Source: a virus. From it: 64,000 bases of DNA. Position 1 is the stretch's first letter. Each line of letters starts with the position of its first letter. The position numbers and the translations under genes were made by a program. Positions 59,047 through 64,000 of this stretch are shown here, piece after piece. The notes beneath the pieces were generated by a model that searched no databases, was not told the origin of the DNA, and saw only the letters and a list, made by a program, of their open reading frames with translations. Location of the stretch: IMG/VR virus record IMGVR_UViG_3300027712_000018; one strand, written 5' to 3'.

Positions 59047-59250
59047 TCACCCCTGATCAATATTGTATCTCATCCATCTATACTTCCAATAGTCAAACTG
59101 CTTGTATAGCACTTGTAAGTGATCATCCAACACTTCATCTAAAGCGACTGCTGGCATCGCCATAATAGCCTGCTCTATCGGATAATGACCCCACCCACGG
59201 CGGATAGTCTCTATTACTTCTTTTCTGTCAACTAAGTCCATTCTAGTCAT
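59047..59250 (-). CDS. hypothetical protein, paralogue of 58630..59043
   Basis: Same N-terminal motif; 22-bp identical DNA. Confidence 0.6.
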   Translation of the reverse strand: MTRMDLVDRKEVIETIRRGWGHYPIEQAIMAMPAVALDEVLDDHLQVLYKQFDYWKYRWMRYNIDQG

Positions 59251-60487
59251 CCCATGTCAATACAAAGTAGTCTTCTTCTTCCCCGTGCCAGTCGCTACGA
59301 GTCCTTACGTCTATGACAGCCCCCGATGGATAGGCCTGCAGCATAGCCAGCACCTCTTCTACGGTCTTGCCATCAAGATCCCCCCATAGCGTCAAGGGGA
59401 GGCTTTCATGCTTCGGTTTAAATCTCATTCCGCTTCTCCAGTGCTTCTTTCATTTCTCCTAGGAGAACCTCTTGATGAATAGCCCACAGAATGTCCTCAT
59501 AGTCAATCCCCGTCTCATCCTCAATCTGTAGGATGGTGTAACCCCGAACCCGCAACCGTTGGACCCGCTCGCAGAGTTCGTCCCAATATTCATAAGAGGT
59601 ACTCATAGCTTGTTAGCCTCCTCAGCTAGATGTTCAGCATACTCCCTAGCGCATAGCGTAGCCCCATGCACCGGAGGACGGTTTAAAAGTTTACAGACTT
59701 CCATAGTGACATTGAGACCCCCTAGCTTCTTATCGGCGACAAACCACCAAGGCCAGTCGTCGGTGCGGTCGCTGGCACTACGGGCATAATAGCGGAGGCT
59801 TTCATGCTTCGGTATAAGTCTCATGCTGCTACACCTTGGTTATATTCAAAAGATTTAATAAATTTCTTGGCTGCTTTAAAAGTGGACTTGTCTCTAATGT
59901 CAAAGTCAGGCTCCCACGGAACGCTATCTGTTGCGTCATGATCGGAGAAGCGGAACAAGTAGACCCGCCCCCTCATTTTTACTTCTATATACTGTGAGGA
60001 TCGGCTATGTCGAGCGTGGTACTCAATAAGCCGCTTATTGCATAGAAGTTTGAAGCAGTGAAACAGACCAACAGGTTTCATCTCCACTCATTCCCCCTAT
60101 TCTTTTCTTCTTCGGTGAATTGACCACTCATTCTATCGGGGTTCAGCCGCCACCCCATATCGCTATTATCTTCCCGTAGTCTTGCGATCTCAGCAGCCGC
60201 CCGAGCTAGCAATTTGAAGGTAGGGAGGTTTTCGCCTGCTACGGCTGCTATGTCAACCATCTTATCTTGTAAGTCTTTTAGAATATCACTCATGATACCA
60301 CCCTTTCATCTACAACATTACCATCATGGTCAGTCAATGTCAAGATCTTTTTGTGAACACCCCGAACATCTGGCGCCAGCCACCACATCATGGCTTCGTC
60401 TTCTGTATCGAACTCAACAGCACACCAGTTACCATGTTCCAGTGGCATTTTCGTCAGGAATTGAGTTGTTATCTTCCAGCTAGTCAT
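59243..60487 (-). other. run of six tightly coupled small hypothetical ORFs (59243-59428, 59418-59606, 59603-59824, 59821-60087, 60078-60293, 60290-60487)
   Basis: Overlapping start and stop codons, all on minus. Confidence 0.6.
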
Positions 60488-61075
60488 ACAGGTCTCCTTA
60501 GTAAGCTAGATATTCGACAGAAAGAATGGGGGCATCACTAAGTTTGACAGCGATGGCGACTGCCTCCATGAAGGTCGCCGCTGTCACGGTCGTTGGCGTC
60601 ATCTTACCTTTATAACGAACAGTCCACATAGTCATCTTAGTTCTCCTTGATTGCGTTGATCAAGTCAACCCACATATCTACTTCTTGGGTTTTTTGCTCA
60701 AGCATGGCGATCAGCCATTCAATACGGCCTGCGGCGTCGGCGTGTTTCCAATCCTTGGATTCAAACCGATCATCACTCAACAGGGCGGCGATCTTTTCCA
60801 TAGTGGTCTCCTTACCAGTGATAGTGTGCAACATCATCAAGCTCGGTTTCCCGAATCTCGAAGGATTCCCAAGTACGCAGTTCACCTCCACGCCGATCCG
60901 CAGCAAAGAAGGCCGATGCCGATTCGGCACGTTCCCGTGACGAATAAACACCCAGCATCATCTCACCTTCGTATTCGGTCGCCAGCAGCAAAACAAAAAC
61001 AGTCATTTGACATCTCCTCTGTCTACTCTTACAATATAAACATTCTGGCGGGAATGTCAAGCCACAAAATGAAAA

Positions 61076-61117
61076 AAGTGGGCCGAAGCCCACCTTAAGT
61101 GGGCCGAAGCCCACCTT
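61076..61117 (-). terminator. tandemly duplicated UUCG hairpin terminator
   Basis: aagtgggccgaagcccacctt occurs twice in tandem, followed on minus by a T-tract. Confidence 0.85.
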
Positions 61118-61328
61118 ATTTTGTTTTTACTATGAATGCCCCCGTAGGACTGTGAAGTGCCGCCTGAAACTGTTCGAACATCTCAGGCGACATACCTATG
61201 TCTTTGAAGTTGTCTATCTCTTCGTCCCATTGTCTTATGATAACAATATCGTCGTAGAGGTAGATCTTCACGTCTTCGTAGAACCCCTCATCATCTAACA
61301 ACGTGATAAGTGATTCGTCGTGATCCAT
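61116..61328 (-). CDS. conserved hypothetical protein
   Basis: I.LLD..G..EDV, V.IRQW. Confidence 0.6.
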   Translation of the reverse strand: MDHDESLITLLDDEGFYEDVKIYLYDDIVIIRQWDEEIDNFKDIGMSPEMFEQFQAALHSPTGAFIVKTK

Positions 61329-61371
61329 CTCATTTGTAAAAATTTCAATGTCCTTTCATAATGTTTATCGG

Positions 61372-61971
61372 TCATGACCAAAGTGCCTCATAGTAACGCC
61401 CGAATAGTCGGAAGCCATTGTCCATACGATCACGATGGGCGTTGATTTTGGCCCAATGATCAGAGTCCCACTCGCCTTCTTTATGATAGTCGGTTTCCCA
61501 ACCTTCTGTTCGAGACTTTTGCTCGAATGCCCAAACCATTTCACCAAGAACCCATGCCCACTGCTTCTCTAGGTTTTCGGTTTTGTCGTGGACAAGCGGA
61601 ATCTCTTCTGTAGGATTTTTTCTTGTGCGAAGTTCTTCAGGAACGTCAGTCTCGTCAACCGTAGGCGTCCCGTACTTACCTGTCTGCAACATTTTCAACA
61701 TGGGATAGATGATGTGGGATAGAGTATCATCCATGCTCCAAATGTCATAGTTATCAATGCGAACCTTGATCTTTTGGCTTGAACGATTGTCGAGGATCTT
61801 GTTGATGGTTTTGTTGTAAACATCCTGAAGGGCATCCTCAAGTTTCTCAAGCAATCTTTCGAAAAGATTTTGGTTATCTTCCCACTCCCACTTACCATAC
61901 TTCCAATTCATGTAGTGTTCGTGGACGCTACTAATCCAACGATGTCTGTAAGGCCCTATGTAAACTTTCAC
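61372..61971 (-). CDS. conserved T4-like hypothetical protein
   Basis: MKVYIGPY, D.WSMD.TL..II.PML, W.WVL.EM.WAF, GFRLFG.YY..LW. Confidence 0.75.
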   Translation of the reverse strand: MKVYIGPYRHRWISSVHEHYMNWKYGKWEWEDNQNLFERLLEKLEDALQDVYNKTINKILDNRSSQKIKVRIDNYDIWSMDDTLSHIIYPMLKMLQTGKYGTPTVDETDVPEELRTRKNPTEEIPLVHDKTENLEKQWAWVLGEMVWAFEQKSRTEGWETDYHKEGEWDSDHWAKINAHRDRMDNGFRLFGRYYEALWS

Positions 61972-62444
61972 TTATTTTCTCCCGAACTACAATTAGTATA
62001 ACCACACATATCACTGTATCTATCACTGCCAAAAACAGGACCAGCTGGACCATTAGCACCGATTGCACCTGAACCGCCGCCAGCACTGATTCTCATCTGA
62101 GTCGGGCATTTCATATCATAACAAACATAACCCATGACGCCCGTTAAATTGATACCACACTTCGAGCATGACTTGATATTAGGCCAAGTTGTTTCGTGAG
62201 TTCGTTTGAACGGATCATCAGGTCTGGGATTTGCTGCCGTGGGATATTTTACATATGGCGGTGTTGTAATAGTTAAAGGAACAGGTTGTTTAGACCCTTC
62301 CTTGAACCCTGCATTGTATGCAGCGTGCAACCAATCTTTACCCACACCTAAAAAAGGATGGCGGAAAAGAAAATCATCAATAAATCTATCACGCCGTGTT
62401 CTGGCACCTTCTTGTTCATCAAACCATTCTTCAAACTTCATCAA
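61968..62444 (-). CDS. hypothetical protein with Cys cluster
   Basis: CSKCG...MGYVC...KCP. Confidence 0.6.
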   Translation of the reverse strand: MMKFEEWFDEQEGARTRRDRFIDDFLFRHPFLGVGKDWLHAAYNAGFKEGSKQPVPLTITTPPYVKYPTAANPRPDDPFKRTHETTWPNIKSCSKCGINLTGVMGYVCYDMKCPTQMRISAGGGSGAIGANGPAGPVFGSDRYSDMCGYTNCSSGENK

Positions 62445-63139
62445 ACATCTCCAGCATTAATTTTTCAGTTTCAGATCCAGCCGCATATTCGTCGTTGTCT
62501 TCTTCGCCCCACCCTTCAAGCGTCTCCATCAATTCGTATAGGGTCATTGAATTGATGTGTTCAGCAAAAGCAACCTCAAATGGTTCATAGTAGAACGATT
62601 CATACTGATGTTTTTGCCACCAGTTGCGGTATCTTACATAGTTATTCAATTGATACAACTCCCCAAGACGTATTGTTTACCAGCCTCAATACAAGATTTG
62701 TAACGGAGTTCGCCGTTGGCTATATCCGATTTAATCAGATAACCCACACCAACTAAGAACACCAAGATCACAATTGACACCAGAATTTCTGTCAGATATT
62801 GTTCTAGAATTCTTTTCATTACTTATCCTTTACCATGGTGTTGATATTATAGTTATCAGTAATACTACTGCACAGATCAATATTATTATTAAGGTCACTT
62901 AACCCTCCACGATGTTATCAAAGAACTCCAACAGATCCGACTTGATGTCGGCGATGGGCTCATCGGTGAGAACGAACCGACCGTTCGTGTCCCACTTCTC
63001 GTTGGTCAACCCGTCTTTCAGGACGACCATGATGCCGTCTGATTCGACCCACATACGGCCGACCTTGGACATTCGACGTTTACCAAGCCACTTCTCAAAG
63101 TGGTTAGTAGTGATTGCAGACATGTAAACCCTCCTAGGT

Positions 63140-63421
63140 TTAACGGGGTTTGTAGACGATGTGACTCTTGATCGTCCACTTCTCGAATTCATCTTCATCA
63201 ACCAACATCGTCAAGACAGTCTTAAGGACTTTTGCCAGACGAACCTCGCCGTGCCCTACGAACACCACATGGGGCATTTCGGGGTGGAAGCCATCGGGGA
63301 ACAACGCATCGGTACGCTCGGCGTATTCGAAGTAATGACCAAACTCTTTCTCACGAAAAGTGCCAAGTACACGACCTTGACCTTCTTTGCGAATGTCGTT
63401 GAAATAGGGGGCGCAAGCCAT
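63140..63421 (-). CDS. hypothetical protein
   Basis: AGGAG RBS after a promoter; G.F.EKE.G.YFEY. Confidence 0.6.
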   Translation of the reverse strand: MACAPYFNDIRKEGQGRVLGTFREKEFGHYFEYAERTDALFPDGFHPEMPHVVFVGHGEVRLAKVLKTVLTMLVDEDEFEKWTIKSHIVYKPR

Positions 63422-63506
63422 GTCGGGGGTCTCCTAACCACTACCTTCAACTAAACCATATCATAACGAAAACAGGTTGTCAAGCCCCTATTTTCGCTTA
63501 CGTCGA

Positions 63507-63917
63507 TCAGTTTTCGTTTAAATTAACACAGTTGTATTCGCCAGCGGCGATTGCAGCATCTTCATTGGTAAAAAACTCACAATTATAAGGTGATTCTCGA
63601 AATGTTTCTAGCAATACAGTTTCTTCCCAATAGTCTACTCTACCTTCCGCTTTTCCATCTGCATCAGGAAGATATTGCATATGGTATTGATCTTCTTCTT
63701 TGCAACCATCACAAATAACTCCACGAACTACTTGTTTAATTGTTCCACAAATCTTCATTTGAGTTACACGAAAAGTCCATTGAGATTTATCATAACGAAA
63801 CCATTCCACTCCTGCATCATCTACCATCTTAATTTTCTTACGGCTATACGCATTATTGTTTACAACCATACGATAGACGATATTGCCGATCACTAGATCA
63901 TTTTTAGTCAGTGCCAT
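63507..63917 (-). CDS. hypothetical protein
   Basis: 136 aa; AGGAG RBS. Confidence 0.6.
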   Translation of the reverse strand: MALTKNDLVIGNIVYRMVVNNNAYSRKKIKMVDDAGVEWFRYDKSQWTFRVTQMKICGTIKQVVRGVICDGCKEEDQYHMQYLPDADGKAEGRVDYWEETVLLETFRESPYNCEFFTNEDAAIAAGEYNCVNLNEN

Positions 63918-64000
63918 TTATTGCAACTCCTCTGCTTTACCCATTAGAAAGATAGAATCAATAATCATCATAGTTGTTTTATCAGGACTCTTATCAGATG

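Larger units (their letters stand above)
37545..63483 (-). repeat. family of about 15 early-promoter cassettes (consensus GGCTTGACATTC-N-TATATT-AGTAGTGTAGACAGAGGAG)
   Basis: -35 TTGACA at plus-strand starts 37571, 37807, 38512, 39097, 40075, 43263, 43815, 47252, 48019, 48436, 50010, 55248, 58035, 61055 and 63478; several copies share about 40-50 nt. Confidence 0.9.

Noticed and set aside
1-64000. Stop-codon reassignment, introns or inteins
   Set aside because: Core genes translate intact with the standard code, and I saw no splice or homing-endonuclease signatures.

Overview
This window is a 64-kb segment of a large T4-like myophage genome. The circularly permuted tmRNA, its ANENFAPVAYALAA tag and the CTTGAC...CTATAT promoters suggest an alphaproteobacterial host (inference). 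Bases 1-28.4 kb (minus strand) hold the tail-fibre and baseplate module: a gp38-like adhesin, an S74-chaperone fibre, a VrlC-like protein, gp8, gp7, gp6, gp25, an M15 peptidase, gp5, a hub protein, gp53 and gp48. Bases 28.5-32.6 kb (plus strand) hold gp4, gp2, gp54, gp26, gp51 and a tape-measure-like gene. Bases 32.6-36.6 kb hold gp32, gp59, gp33, a small outer-membrane protein, a two-piece tmRNA gene, a SleB-like hydrolase and a holin-like gene. Bases 36.6-64 kb are a minus-strand early/accessory region of short ORFs punctuated by about 15 related promoter cassettes, plus a methyltransferase, DUF4338-like protein, nuclease, DenV-like glycosylase, metallophosphoesterase, exonuclease, PhoH, RNase H, glycosyltransferase, glutaredoxin and two 2OG-Fe oxygenases. 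Most notable: (1) a phage-encoded permuted tmRNA under overlapping sigma70-like and T4-late promoters, directly upstream of a mini beta-barrel gene; (2) a candidate -1 frameshift fusing gp26 to gp51, analogous to lambda G/GT; (3) a nuclease-DUF4338-methylase operon; (4) a promoter-cassette array whose -35 box supplies the stop codon of seven genes. Family assignments come from motif recognition, not database searches.
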